Below are positions 19,267 through 29,273 of a DNA stretch of 64,000 nt, piece by piece (position 1 is the first letter of the stretch; each line of letters begins with the position of its first letter). The stretch covers positions 119,142 through 183,141 of the forward strand of contig DUVS01000015.1 of assembly GCA_012840925.1 (NCBI GenBank), given 5' to 3'. The stretch comes from Bacillota bacterium (GTDB lineage: Bacteria > Bacillota > Limnochordia > Darwinibacteriales > DTU012). A program made the position numbers and the translations under genes. Under the pieces are notes generated by a model that saw only the letters and a list, made by a program, of their open reading frames with translations, had not been told where the DNA came from and searched no databases.

Positions 19267-19858
19267 AAACGTACGCAGTGCTGATGTTTCCCGCGCCACG
19301 AGTGAGACCGAAATCAAGATCAGCCTGGTTCTGGATGGCTCAGGGAAGGCAGCAGTATCCACCGGCATTGGCTTTCTGGACCATATGTTGACTGCTTTTG
19401 CCCGGCACGGAGGGTTTGATTTGACCCTCAACTGCCGCGGTGACCTGGAAGTGGACGGGCATCATACGGTTGAGGACATCGGGATCTGCCTTGGCCAAGC
19501 CCTGCGACAGTGCATTGGGGACGGAACCGGCATCGGCCGCTACGGCAACGCATTTATTCCCATGGATGAAGCTTTGGTCCAGGTTGTTGTCGACCTGTGC
19601 GGCCGTAGTTTTGTCACCCATAACCTCAAGTTTCCCCAAGAGCGGGTGGGAGATTTGGACAGCTGTTTGATCGTGGAATTTTTACGGGCTTTCGCTGTCA
19701 ATGCCGGGATTACGGTACATGTCAGGCAGCTGGCGGGGTTCAACACTCACCATCTGATTGAAGCTCTTTTTAAAGCATTGGCCTATGCTCTGAACCAGGC
19801 TGTCAAGGTGGTTGATCAGGAGAGAGTGTTATCCACGAAAGGGAAGTTGGACTTGTAG
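19259..19858 (+). CDS. hisB: imidazoleglycerol-phosphate dehydratase
   Basis: RSADVSRATSETEIKISL...DGHHTVEDIGI...H..EA.FKA motifs. ATG at 19259 follows AAGGTGAG; 8-nt overlap with hisD. Confidence 0.9.
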   Translation: MDKNVRSADVSRATSETEIKISLVLDGSGKAAVSTGIGFLDHMLTAFARHGGFDLTLNCRGDLEVDGHHTVEDIGICLGQALRQCIGDGTGIGRYGNAFIPMDEALVQVVVDLCGRSFVTHNLKFPQERVGDLDSCLIVEFLRAFAVNAGITVHVRQLAGFNTHHLIEALFKALAYALNQAVKVVDQERVLSTKGKLDL

Positions 19859-19872
19859 GAGCGAAATAAGCG

Positions 19873-20595
19873 ATGTTGATTATACCGGCAATTGATTTGA
19901 TTGATGGAAAGTGTGTCCGCCTTCAGCAGGGGGATTATCGAAAAAAGACTGTTTACAGTGCAGATCCGGTCCAGGTGGCCAAGGGTTTTGCCAAGGCCGG
20001 GGCGGAACTGCTCCATATTGTTGACCTTGATGGTGCCCGGTTGGGCAGCCCCCAGAATCTGGACGTGATCAAAGAGATTGTCCAAGCAGTCCCCATAGCC
20101 ATTGAATTCGGAGGTGGCTTGAGGGATTTGGCTGCTGTGGAGGCAGCTTTTGCTGCTGGAGTGACCAGGGTAGTGCTGGGTACGGCAGTGCTGGCCGAAC
20201 CGGATTGGTTTTTGGAGGCTATCGCCAGGTATGGTGACCGGGTTGTTGTGGGAATTGACGCCCGGGAAGGCAGGGTTGCCGTTGCCGGTTGGCAGGAAAC
20301 CACGAATGTTATGGCCCTGGATCTGGTCTTGCGGATGAAAGAGCTCGGCATCAAGGAGATTATCTATACCGATATTGCCAGAGACGGGATGCTTAAAGGG
20401 CCAAATTTGGAGGCTCTGAAACAGCTTGGCCAGGCCCAGGCCAAAATTGTGGCCTCTGGCGGGACCGCTTCCCTGGCTGATATCGAGAATTTACGTCAGT
20501 TGAGCCCATATGGAGTCTATGCCGTGATTATCGGTAAGGCGCTTTATACAAACCAGATTGATCTGGCTGAAGCAATCAGACTCGCCCGATCTTAG
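19873..20595 (+). CDS. hisA: ProFAR isomerase HisA
   Basis: MLIIPAIDLIDGKCVRLQQGDY is the HisA N-terminus, not the HisF-type RIIPCLDV. Confidence 0.9.
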   Translation: MLIIPAIDLIDGKCVRLQQGDYRKKTVYSADPVQVAKGFAKAGAELLHIVDLDGARLGSPQNLDVIKEIVQAVPIAIEFGGGLRDLAAVEAAFAAGVTRVVLGTAVLAEPDWFLEAIARYGDRVVVGIDAREGRVAVAGWQETTNVMALDLVLRMKELGIKEIIYTDIARDGMLKGPNLEALKQLGQAQAKIVASGGTASLADIENLRQLSPYGVYAVIIGKALYTNQIDLAEAIRLARS

Positions 20596-20610
20596 CGCGG
20601 AGTGGTGGAG

Positions 20611-21273
20611 ATGGATCTTAAACTGAAATTTGATGAACAGGGGCTGATTCCGGCGATCATCAAGAGCCGGGACGGTGAGGTTTTGATGCTGGCTTATATG
20701 AACCGTGAGGCCCTGGAACGGACTTTGGCTACAGGCTATACCTGGTTTTACAGCCGCAGCCGGCAAAAGCTGTGGCAAAAAGGGGAAAGTTCAGGGCATC
20801 GGCAGCGGGTAATCGAGATAGCTGCTGATTGTGATTGTGACACCCTGCTAATAACCGTGGATCAGATCGGCCCCGGTGCCTGCCACGAAGGGTATAAGTC
20901 CTGCTTTCATTATCCAATCAAGCTGGCTGCCGAAGGGGGAACGCTTGAATCCGGTGAGCCCCAACCCACTTTTGATCCGGACGCAGTTTATAACTCCCAG
21001 ATTTTGTATCAGCTATATCAATTGATCTGTGAGCGGAGGCAGCATCCGAAGGAAGGTTCATATACCAACTATTTGTTTGAGCAGGGTATTGACAAGATCT
21101 TGAAAAAAGTGGGCGAAGAAACAGCTGAAGTGATCATTGCAGCCAAAAACACAGAACCGGATCAGTTGATCTACGAGGCCAGTGATTTACTGTACCATCT
21201 ATTGGTTTTACTAGTAGAAAAAGATATTACCCTCGCCCAGGTCTGGCAGGAACTGGCATCCCGCAGGAGATAG
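20611..21273 (+). CDS. hisI: bifunctional phosphoribosyl-AMP cyclohydrolase / phosphoribosyl-ATP pyrophosphatase HisIE
   Basis: HisI Zn-site [26 protein letters not shown], followed by the HisE helical domain LYQLYQLI..R...P..SYT..L. ATG at 20611 after GCGGAGTGG. Confidence 0.85.
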   Translation: MDLKLKFDEQGLIPAIIKSRDGEVLMLAYMNREALERTLATGYTWFYSRSRQKLWQKGESSGHRQRVIEIAADCDCDTLLITVDQIGPGACHEGYKSCFHYPIKLAAEGGTLESGEPQPTFDPDAVYNSQILYQLYQLICERRQHPKEGSYTNYLFEQGIDKILKKVGEETAEVIIAAKNTEPDQLIYEASDLLYHLLVLLVEKDITLAQVWQELASRRR

Positions 21274-21334
21274 AACGAAAAAACAAGGCTGCCCTAGGGG
21301 ACAGCCTTTGGACAGCTTCTTGTCGGGAAGCGGA

Positions 21335-22138
21335 TTACCTGAAGAAACTATGATTGCCGATCCTGATTTTGAGTGGGTCCTTATACCACTGCTCCCAGAC
21401 CCAGGGGACCTTGCCGCCGGACCATTGAGGCACCTTGGCATGGGCAAAGAACCCGGTTGCCCCGTGGGTGGGATCCCACCCGGCCAAAGCGTGCCTGACA
21501 GCGTTTTTAGCTGTCTGATTTGCCGGCTGGTTGATGGCTCCGTTCTTAACCGGTTCGTATTGGTAATAACGGATTCCGTTGGTGATAGTCACTTGATTGA
21601 TCACGTCGGTAATCGTATTTGGGTACCTGGAATCGAGGACCCGGTTGAGCACGGTGGCAGCGACCGCTACCTGGCCGGTATAGATCTCGCCTTTGGCTTC
21701 AGCATAGACCAGCCTGGCGAAGAGATCGAGTTCATAAAAGGCAAGATCGGGAACCATCGTTATGTTTTGAACCGTTGGGCCTTGAACCATGACCTGGATT
21801 GTCACAGGCTTGTACCACCGTTTGATGACACGCATGGTGTAAATGCCATCCTGCAGATTCTTCACTTCGTAAACGCCATCTTTGATCGGCACAACACGGC
21901 CCGCGATTTCAACCTGACCGGACTGGAGTTTGGCCTCGGGAAATCCGGCATCGTAGACTTCACCCACCAGGGTACCATAGGTGGGCACCTGTGTTTCGTC
22001 ATCAGGATCGCCGCCGGGATCGCCATTCGGATCCCCGTTCTCGTCAGGTGGAGTTATATCCGGCACGCCAATAAGAGAACAGCCGGATATGAGGATTGCT
22101 GCAATAAGTATGAGGAGCAAAAAGTGCTTCTTTCCCAA
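21335..22138 (-). CDS. SleB/CwlJ-family cell-wall hydrolase lipoprotein (Hydrolase_2 domain)
   Basis: Lipoprotein signal KKHFLLLILIAAILISGCS. C-terminal DLFARLVYAEAKGE...VAATVLNRV...GWDPTHGATGFFA Hydrolase_2 signature. Proposed TTG start after GGAAGGAAG. Confidence 0.75.
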   Translation of the reverse strand: MGKKHFLLLILIAAILISGCSLIGVPDITPPDENGDPNGDPGGDPDDETQVPTYGTLVGEVYDAGFPEAKLQSGQVEIAGRVVPIKDGVYEVKNLQDGIYTMRVIKRWYKPVTIQVMVQGPTVQNITMVPDLAFYELDLFARLVYAEAKGEIYTGQVAVAATVLNRVLDSRYPNTITDVINQVTITNGIRYYQYEPVKNGAINQPANQTAKNAVRHALAGWDPTHGATGFFAHAKVPQWSGGKVPWVWEQWYKDPLKIRIGNHSFFR

Positions 22139-22285
22139 AAAACTCACTTCCTTCCATAGCTGTAAAAAAGTTATAATCTGAATCATAATTTCGGGTTTGC
22201 CCAGCTAAACCCTGCTGGGGGTTGTTGGAAACAGACCCTGGCAGGTCTTTGTTGAAACAATGCAGAGAACAGAGAGGAGCATGAC

Positions 22286-24418
22286 ATGGATTTTCTGGAA
22301 GCCCTAAACCCACGCCAAAAAGCGGCCGTGACTCATGTCGATGGGCCGCTGTTAGTGATTGCCGGAGCCGGCAGTGGGAAGACCAGGGTGCTGACTTACC
22401 GGATCGCTTATCTGATCAGGCAGGGTAAGGCCAGGCCGGATCAGATTCTGGCGGTTACATTTACAAATAAGGCTGCCGCGGAGATGAAGGACCGGGTAGC
22501 CCAATTGATCGGCGATATTGTTAGAGGGATCTGGGTCAGTACGTTTCATTCCGCGTGTGTCCAGATATTAAGGGCACATGCAGATAAAATCGGCTACCGC
22601 CGCAACTTCCAGATCTTTGACACAGCTGACCAGTTGGTAGTAGTCAAAGAAGCGCTGCAGGAGCTGAACCTGGATCCGAAACATTTTGAGCCCAAGGCCA
22701 TTCTGGCTAGTATCAGCAATGCCAAGAATGAACTGCTTGATCCATCTGATTTTGATGACAAAGCGGCGGATTTCTGGCAGCGCCAGGTCAGCCGTGTTTA
22801 CCATCTGTACCAACAGAAGCTGGTCCAGAACAATGGTCTGGATTTCGATGATTTGATCATGCAAACAGTTCATCTATTCCGCACTCATCCCAGTGTACTT
22901 AAATCGTACCAGGAACGGTTCCGTTATGTCCTGGTTGACGAATATCAGGACACGAATCATGCCCAGTATGTGCTGGTGAGCCTCCTGGTGGCCCAGCACC
23001 GGAACCTTTGTGTGGTAGGCGACGATGATCAGTCGATCTACGGTTTTAGAGGAGCGGATATCCGCAATATCCTCGATTTTGAAAAGGATTTTCCCAATGC
23101 TGCAGTGATCAGGCTGGAACAGAATTACCGTTCGACTCAGAACATCCTCGATGCAGCCAACCATGTGATTGCCAATAACATCGGGCGGAAGGGGAAGAAC
23201 CTGTTCACAGACAATGGCACCGGTGAAAAACTGAAATTCTTCCAGGCCTACGATGAACGCCAGGAAGCAGCTTTTGTGGCTGCGACGATCACAAGGGAAA
23301 TTCAATGGGAGCAGCGGCAGTATCAGGATTTTACGATCTTGTACCGGACCCATGCCCAATCCCGGAGTTTTGAAGAAGAGTTCATACACAGGGGCATCCC
23401 TTACCGGATTGTGGCTGGATTGCGGTTCTATGAACGGAAAGAAATCAAAGATCTCCTGGCGTATCTGCGCTTGCTGGCCAATCCTCTGGACAATTACAGC
23501 TTCAAGCGGATTATTAATGTCCCCAAGCGAGGCATCGGTCCCGGAACCATAGCGAAATTGGAACAGTATGCTCAAGCGCAGGATGTGAGTCTGCTGCAGG
23601 CCTTGGATCAGATCAATGAAATCACCACACTTACGCAAAAATACAAACGGGAGCTGACGGTCTTTCGCGACCTCTACCGCAAGTGGCGGCAGAGCATGGC
23701 TGCTCAATCGGTGACGGAGATCGCGGCCATGGTTTTAGAGGATTCGGGCTATCGCCAAATGCTTCTGGCTGAGCGAACAGTAGAAGCGGAAGCCCGGCTG
23801 GAAAATCTCAACGAGTTCATGAGTGTGACCAGGCAGTTTGATCAGGCAGAGGAGAATCAAGGTTTGGAGCTGTTTTTGGAACAAATCGCCCTCATGTCCG
23901 AAGTTGACAACTACGATCAAGAGGCTGATGCCGTCAGCCTGATGACACTCCATGCTGCCAAAGGCCTGGAGTTTCCTGTGGTCTTTTTGGTGGGAATGGA
24001 GGACGGAGTCTTTCCCAGTGCCCGTTCGATCTGGGAACCGGGGCAGCTTGAGGAGGAACGCCGCCTGGCCTATGTGGGGCTGACCAGAGCGAAGGAACAA
24101 GTTTATCTCACCTGTGCTTACCGCCGCACTTTGTTCGGCAATACCAGTGAGAACCCGATATCCATGTTCGTCAAAGAAATACCCGATTCACTGCTTGAGT
24201 TTGCCGATGATCAGCCAGCAAGGATCAATCAGGTTCAAGAGTGGGACTCGGTGATAGAAGAGGACATGCCCGTCTATCAGGTGGGTGATCGGGTTTATCA
24301 CCAACATTTTGGTGAAGGGATTATTGTGGATGTCCGTGCTGATATGATCAAGATTACTTTTGCAGATCGCCAGACTAAGCTCTTTGCAGCAGGGATTGCC
24401 CCAATCGAAAAGCTTTGA
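22286..24418 (+). CDS. pcrA: ATP-dependent DNA helicase PcrA (UvrD family)
   Basis: GAGSGKTRVLTYRIAYLI (motif I), VDEYQDTN (II), QNYRST, VTLMTLHAAKGLEFPVVFLVG. Confidence 0.9.
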   Translation: MDFLEALNPRQKAAVTHVDGPLLVIAGAGSGKTRVLTYRIAYLIRQGKARPDQILAVTFTNKAAAEMKDRVAQLIGDIVRGIWVSTFHSACVQILRAHADKIGYRRNFQIFDTADQLVVVKEALQELNLDPKHFEPKAILASISNAKNELLDPSDFDDKAADFWQRQVSRVYHLYQQKLVQNNGLDFDDLIMQTVHLFRTHPSVLKSYQERFRYVLVDEYQDTNHAQYVLVSLLVAQHRNLCVVGDDDQSIYGFRGADIRNILDFEKDFPNAAVIRLEQNYRSTQNILDAANHVIANNIGRKGKNLFTDNGTGEKLKFFQAYDERQEAAFVAATITREIQWEQRQYQDFTILYRTHAQSRSFEEEFIHRGIPYRIVAGLRFYERKEIKDLLAYLRLLANPLDNYSFKRIINVPKRGIGPGTIAKLEQYAQAQDVSLLQALDQINEITTLTQKYKRELTVFRDLYRKWRQSMAAQSVTEIAAMVLEDSGYRQMLLAERTVEAEARLENLNEFMSVTRQFDQAEENQGLELFLEQIALMSEVDNYDQEADAVSLMTLHAAKGLEFPVVFLVGMEDGVFPSARSIWEPGQLEEERRLAYVGLTRAKEQVYLTCAYRRTLFGNTSENPISMFVKEIPDSLLEFADDQPARINQVQEWDSVIEEDMPVYQVGDRVYHQHFGEGIIVDVRADMIKITFADRQTKLFAAGIAPIEKL

Positions 24419-24609
24419 TTTAACAAGACAATTCTATAGAAAAACCGTTCTGTCTTCAGCGCCTCGTCTGATGAGGACTCATCCTCATCGGGCGGGGCGT
24501 TTTGTTCTTTTTGCAGCACCTGGCCACCAGAAACCTGCAGGTCTATGCATGCCTTTATTTAAGCCAACAAGTTCTTAACCAGTATTTAGCCAAAATCACA
24601 AAAAAGTAA

Positions 24610-24639
24610 TTGCATTAATATGCATATCAATGGTATAAT
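24610..24639 (+). promoter_or_regulatory. sigma-A promoter of the arg operon with overlapping palindrome (candidate ArgR/AhrC operator)
   Basis: TTGCAT (24610-24615), 18-nt spacer, TATAAT (24634-24639). Perfect palindrome ATATGCATAT (24618-24627) lies inside the spacer. Confidence 0.5.
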
Positions 24640-24676
24640 TATCCCAATATTTTCGAGCAGCCGCTATTGGCGGAGC

Positions 24677-25732
24677 ATGAGGAGCGTGAGTCAGTTGATC
24701 AAAGCAGGTGTTGTGGGAGCATCTGGATATACCGGCGGCGAGTTGATTAGATTGCTGCATACCCATCCGGATGTGGAATTGACAGTGCTTAGCTCCAGGA
24801 CGTACAGTGGCAAGACAATTGGTGAGGTTTTCAATTCCCTAAGGGGCTTGAGCTATCAGTTCGAAGAGTTGACGCCGGAAGAGATCGTCTCAGAAACAGA
24901 TGTTGTTTTTGTAGCTGCACCCCATGGAGTTGCCATGGAGTATGCCCTGGCAGCCGACGCAGCGGGCAGAAAGCTGATTGATCTCGGGCCGGATTTTCGC
25001 TTCAGGGATGCTGTGCTCTATGAGCAGTGGTACAAGACTCCCCACAGCTGTCCTCACCTGCTTGCTGGTGCTGTCTATGGACTGCCTGAGATTCACAGGA
25101 CCGAGATTGCCCAGGCACAGATTATTGGCAATCCGGGGTGTTACCCCACAAGCATCATCTTGGCGCTTGCACCTCTTGTGGAAGCAGGTGCCGTTGTGGA
25201 TGGGTTTATCATTGCCGACTCCAAATCGGGTATCAGTGGAGCTGGTAGAAAGGCAGATGCTGCTTACAACTTCTGCGAATTGACCGAAGAAGTGCGGCCT
25301 TATGGAGTTTTGCATCACCGGCATGTGCCTGAAATCGAGCAAGAGTTAACACTGCTGGCCGGCTCCAAGGTCAAGGCGCTGTTCACACCACACCTGGTTC
25401 CGGCAGTCCGGGGGATTGTCAGCACTGTATATGCCTGGATCAAACCTGGCTATTCACTTGAACTTATCCGTGGCTTGTTTGCCGAGCGTTACAAAGATGA
25501 GCCCTTCATCAGACTGATCGATGAGGGCAGCCACCCGGGTACCAAGGCAGTTGCCGGATCCAACTACTGCGATATTTCCGTTGACTTCGACGCAGCTACG
25601 TCAACGGTGATTGTTGTTTCAGCCATAGACAATCTGGGAAAGGGAGCGGCATCCCAGGCTGTGCAGTGCATGAACATCATGTTCGGGCTTGAGGAGACAG
25701 CGGGAATAGCAGGGCTTCCGCTTTTTCCGTAG
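24677..25732 (+). CDS. argC: N-acetyl-gamma-glutamyl-phosphate reductase
   Basis: IKAGVVGASGYTGGELIRLL...GNPGCYPT (catalytic Cys). Alternative TTG start at 24695 (MIKAGVVG...) lies 10 nt after GAGGAG. Confidence 0.9.
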   Translation: MRSVSQLIKAGVVGASGYTGGELIRLLHTHPDVELTVLSSRTYSGKTIGEVFNSLRGLSYQFEELTPEEIVSETDVVFVAAPHGVAMEYALAADAAGRKLIDLGPDFRFRDAVLYEQWYKTPHSCPHLLAGAVYGLPEIHRTEIAQAQIIGNPGCYPTSIILALAPLVEAGAVVDGFIIADSKSGISGAGRKADAAYNFCELTEEVRPYGVLHHRHVPEIEQELTLLAGSKVKALFTPHLVPAVRGIVSTVYAWIKPGYSLELIRGLFAERYKDEPFIRLIDEGSHPGTKAVAGSNYCDISVDFDAATSTVIVVSAIDNLGKGAASQAVQCMNIMFGLEETAGIAGLPLFP

Positions 25733-25777
25733 AATTGGCAGCCAAGGGTACGCGGCAGCCTGAAGGAGGAGTCAATA

Positions 25778-26998
25778 TTGAAGAGCAGCGTGATTGTACT
25801 TAGGCAGATACCGAAAGGCATAACCGCGGCCAAGGGGTTCAGGGCTGCAGGGCTGCACTGCGGGATCAAACGGGCGAAAAAGGACATGGCGCTGGTGGTG
25901 TCTGAAGTCCCGGGCAGTGCTGCCGGAGTCTTCACCCAAAACCATGTTAAAGGTGCTCCGGTGATCGTTTGTCAGGAGCGAGTTAAGGGAGGCAGGCTTC
26001 AAGCTATCTTAGTCTGCAGCGGCAACGCCAACGCTTGCACAGGCAAGCAGGGACTGGAGAACGCATATGAGCTGACTCGCATGGCCGCCCGCCAGCTTGG
26101 GATTGCTGAAGGTAATGTGGCAGCAGCTTGTACCGGAGTAATTGGTTTGCAGTTACCCATGGACGCGATCGCCTCTGGCATCCAGCAGATCGCCGAAGTG
26201 GTAACTGAGGACGGATTTGACGATGCAGCGGAAGCAATCCTGACTACAGATACAGTCACCAAACAAATAGCATTTGAAGTTGAAATCGGCGGCTGCCTGG
26301 TCAGGATCGGTGGAATGGCCAAGGGATCCGGCATGATTCATCCCAACATGGCCACCATGCTGGCATTCATAACTACTGATGCCGTGATCAGCGCACCGGT
26401 ACTCCAAGCTGCATTGTCAGCAGCTGTCGACAAATCGTTCAATATGATTTCTGTTGATGGTGATACCAGTACCAATGACAGTGTCCTGGCGATAGCCAAT
26501 GGTATGTCCGGCTGTCCAGAGATTAGGCCAGGTACTCCAGAACACCAGGCATTTGCTGCTGCCCTGGACGCTGTATGTATTGAACTGGCTAAGATGATCG
26601 TCAGGGATGGCGAAGGAGCTTCCAAGCTGATCGAGATTAATGTCACCGGCGCTCAGACTGATCAGGATGCTGTTCTTGTGGCAAAGGCAATTGCAGAATC
26701 GAATCTCGTCAAAACTGCAGTTTTTGGCGAGGACGCCAACTGGGGGCGCATTGTTTGTGCCGTAGGTTACTCAGGCGCCGAAATAGACCCTGCCAGGATT
26801 GATGTCAAGATCGGCAGCATCAAGATGTGCGAAAACGGTGAGGGTTTGGAATATGACGAGGGCTTCGTCTCAGAGATCTTGCGGGAACGAGAGATAGTGA
26901 TTCAGGTGGATCTCAATCTTGGAGAGGCAAAGGCGCGGGTATGGACCTGCGATTTGACCTATGACTACATAAAGATAAACGCTAGTTACCGTTCGTGA
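25778..26998 (+). CDS. argJ: bifunctional glutamate N-acetyltransferase / amino-acid acetyltransferase ArgJ
   Basis: GFRAAGLHCGIK...MATMLAFITTDA (autoproteolytic ATML|T site). TTG start after GAAGGAGGAG. Confidence 0.9.
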   Translation: MKSSVIVLRQIPKGITAAKGFRAAGLHCGIKRAKKDMALVVSEVPGSAAGVFTQNHVKGAPVIVCQERVKGGRLQAILVCSGNANACTGKQGLENAYELTRMAARQLGIAEGNVAAACTGVIGLQLPMDAIASGIQQIAEVVTEDGFDDAAEAILTTDTVTKQIAFEVEIGGCLVRIGGMAKGSGMIHPNMATMLAFITTDAVISAPVLQAALSAAVDKSFNMISVDGDTSTNDSVLAIANGMSGCPEIRPGTPEHQAFAAALDAVCIELAKMIVRDGEGASKLIEINVTGAQTDQDAVLVAKAIAESNLVKTAVFGEDANWGRIVCAVGYSGAEIDPARIDVKIGSIKMCENGEGLEYDEGFVSEILREREIVIQVDLNLGEAKARVWTCDLTYDYIKINASYRS

Positions 26999-27072
26999 AG
27001 CTGATACTCGTCTATAATGTTGGCAGCAGGAAGATGTGAGGATTATGGCGGCTGGATTGGAGATGAGCAACG

Positions 27073-27987
27073 ATGATTGGTATGAAACATGCCATGGGTT
27101 CGGTGATCCAGAAGGCGGAGGTCTTAGTGGAGGCGCTTCCATATATGCGGACGTTTGTCGGCAAGACTTTTGTCATCAAATATGGAGGCAGTGCTATGGA
27201 GGATGAGGCATTCAGGAAGTCGATCTGCCTCGACTTGGTCCTCCTCAAGTACATAGGGATTCATCCAGTGATAGTCCACGGCGGTGGGCCTGAGATCACC
27301 AGAGCTATGAAGCGGCTTGGCAAAAAACCAGCTTTTGTCAATGGACTCCGGGTGACTGATGCGGAAACAATGGAGATCGTCCAGATGGTACTTGCCGGTA
27401 AAGTAAACAAAGAGATTGTAACCCTGTTAAATCAGCACGGCGGCAAGGCAGTCGGACTTACTGGTCAAGACGGGGATATGATCATCGCCCGCAAGCGGCC
27501 TGCTGAAGTATGTATCGATCAGAACAGCGGTAAGCCGGTGACTGTCGATTTGGGATTCGTGGGAGACATCGACCGGGTGGACACCGAGCTTTTGGGAACC
27601 CTCAGCCGCGAGGGGTACATTCCTGTGCTGGCATCGATTGCTGTGGGTGATGACGGGGAGAGCTACAATATCAATGCTGACTATGTAGCCAGTGAGGTGG
27701 CTCAGGCTCTGAACGCGGAAAAACTGATCGTGCTTACTGATGTTGAGGGAATCCTGGAAGATCCGGAGCGTGAGGATTCGATCGTCTCCTCACTGAGTGT
27801 GGAGTATGCCAGACAGATGATCGCTTCCGGCCAGATCGACGGTGGCATGATTCCAAAAGTCGAGGCTTGTATCCGAGCTGTGGAAGGTGGAGTAGCACGG
27901 ACGCACATCATCGATGGCAGGCTGCTGCACTCAATGCTGCTCGAGATCTTTACCGACGAAGGCATTGGTACAATGGTGATCCCATAG
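27073..27987 (+). CDS. argB: acetylglutamate kinase
   Basis: FVIKYGGSAM...VIVHGGGPEI...GFVGDI motifs. Confidence 0.9.
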   Translation: MIGMKHAMGSVIQKAEVLVEALPYMRTFVGKTFVIKYGGSAMEDEAFRKSICLDLVLLKYIGIHPVIVHGGGPEITRAMKRLGKKPAFVNGLRVTDAETMEIVQMVLAGKVNKEIVTLLNQHGGKAVGLTGQDGDMIIARKRPAEVCIDQNSGKPVTVDLGFVGDIDRVDTELLGTLSREGYIPVLASIAVGDDGESYNINADYVASEVAQALNAEKLIVLTDVEGILEDPEREDSIVSSLSVEYARQMIASGQIDGGMIPKVEACIRAVEGGVARTHIIDGRLLHSMLLEIFTDEGIGTMVIP

Positions 27988-28011
27988 GGTCAGAGCAAGG
28001 GAGGCTAACGG

Positions 28012-29211
28012 ATGAAAACTGGCGAGATTATCGCGATGACTGAAAAATATGTGATGAACACCTACTCCCGAATTCCCATAGCTCCTGTAAAGGGTGTAGG
28101 GGTGCGGCTTACCGATGCCGCAGGCAATGAGTATCTTGATTTCGTAGCCGGGATTGCAGTCAACTCCACCGGTCACTGCCATCCAAAGGTGGTGGAGGCA
28201 ATTTGCAGACAGGCCGCAGATCTGCTGCATGTCTCTAATCTCTACCACGTCCCGGCTCAGGCTGAACTAGCCCAGGTCTTGGCGGAAAACTCTGGTTTTG
28301 ACAAGGTCTTTTTCTGCAACAGCGGTGCCGAAGCCAACGAGGCAGCTATCAAACTAGCCCGGCGGTACTTTTGTGTAACCAGCCGCACCGATGCGAATGA
28401 AATTATCACCGCCCTGGGATCCTTTCACGGCAGGACGATCGGTGCGTTGACTGCAACAGGGCAGGCCAAGTACCAGGAAGGATTTGAACCTTTAGTGCCC
28501 GGGTTCACCTATGTACCTTTTAATGATTTTGAGGCCCTGGAGGCAGTAGTGACTGGTAAGACATGTGCGATCATGCTCGAACTGATCCAAGGTGAGGGAG
28601 GAGTCTATCCTGTTGATCCCGAGTACCTGGCAGGTGTCAGCCGTCTGTGTAAAGAATTTGGCCTGCTATTGATCATCGATGAGGTTCAGACAGGGATCGG
28701 CAGGACAGGAACGCTCTTCGCTTTCCAACAGTATGCCGGTTTCAAACCGGACATTGTCACCCTCGCCAAGGGACTGGCAAGTGGTGTTCCTATTGGGGCT
28801 GTTCTGGCCACTGAAGAGGTGTGCAAAGGCTTTGGCCCGGGCAGGCATGCATCTACATTCGGAGGAAATCCCCTTGCATGCACTGCTGCTTTGGCTACGT
28901 TGGATGTAATCCTGAACGATGGAGTATTGGACAACGTGAAGGAAATGGGTGCCTATTTTGTCCAGAAGCTCCGGGAGCTTGAGGCTTCCACCAGCGCTAT
29001 TGCAGAGATCAGAGGCTGCGGCTTGATGATCGGCGTCGAGCTGAAGGAACCCAATGGTACAGCTGTGGTATCCGCCTGCCGCGACAAGGGGCTTCTGATC
29101 AACTGTGTGGGAGACAAGGTTCTGCGTTTTGTGCCGCCTTTGATTATTGAAAAGGCTGATGTGGACGCAGCTGTGCAGATTCTGGGCAATGTCCTGTCAA
29201 AAATGCACTAA
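28012..29211 (+). CDS. argD: acetylornithine aminotransferase
   Basis: Class III PLP aminotransferase: FCNSGAEANE, LLIIDEVQTGIGRTG, TLAKGLASG. Confidence 0.85.
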   Translation: MKTGEIIAMTEKYVMNTYSRIPIAPVKGVGVRLTDAAGNEYLDFVAGIAVNSTGHCHPKVVEAICRQAADLLHVSNLYHVPAQAELAQVLAENSGFDKVFFCNSGAEANEAAIKLARRYFCVTSRTDANEIITALGSFHGRTIGALTATGQAKYQEGFEPLVPGFTYVPFNDFEALEAVVTGKTCAIMLELIQGEGGVYPVDPEYLAGVSRLCKEFGLLLIIDEVQTGIGRTGTLFAFQQYAGFKPDIVTLAKGLASGVPIGAVLATEEVCKGFGPGRHASTFGGNPLACTAALATLDVILNDGVLDNVKEMGAYFVQKLRELEASTSAIAEIRGCGLMIGVELKEPNGTAVVSACRDKGLLINCVGDKVLRFVPPLIIEKADVDAAVQILGNVLSKMH

Positions 29212-29273
29212 AGGCTGGGCTGGTGGTTCAATAGATCCAGGTTGGATTCTCAATCAAAGGGAGTGATTGATCC

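Noticed and set aside
21308-22159. 283-aa plus-strand ORF mirroring the SleB-like gene.
   Set aside because: It is antisense to a gene with clear lipoprotein-signal and Hydrolase_2 motifs. It has no RBS and a low-complexity product.
22874-23707. 277-aa minus-strand ORF inside pcrA.
   Set aside because: It is an antisense shadow ORF of a highly conserved helicase gene.
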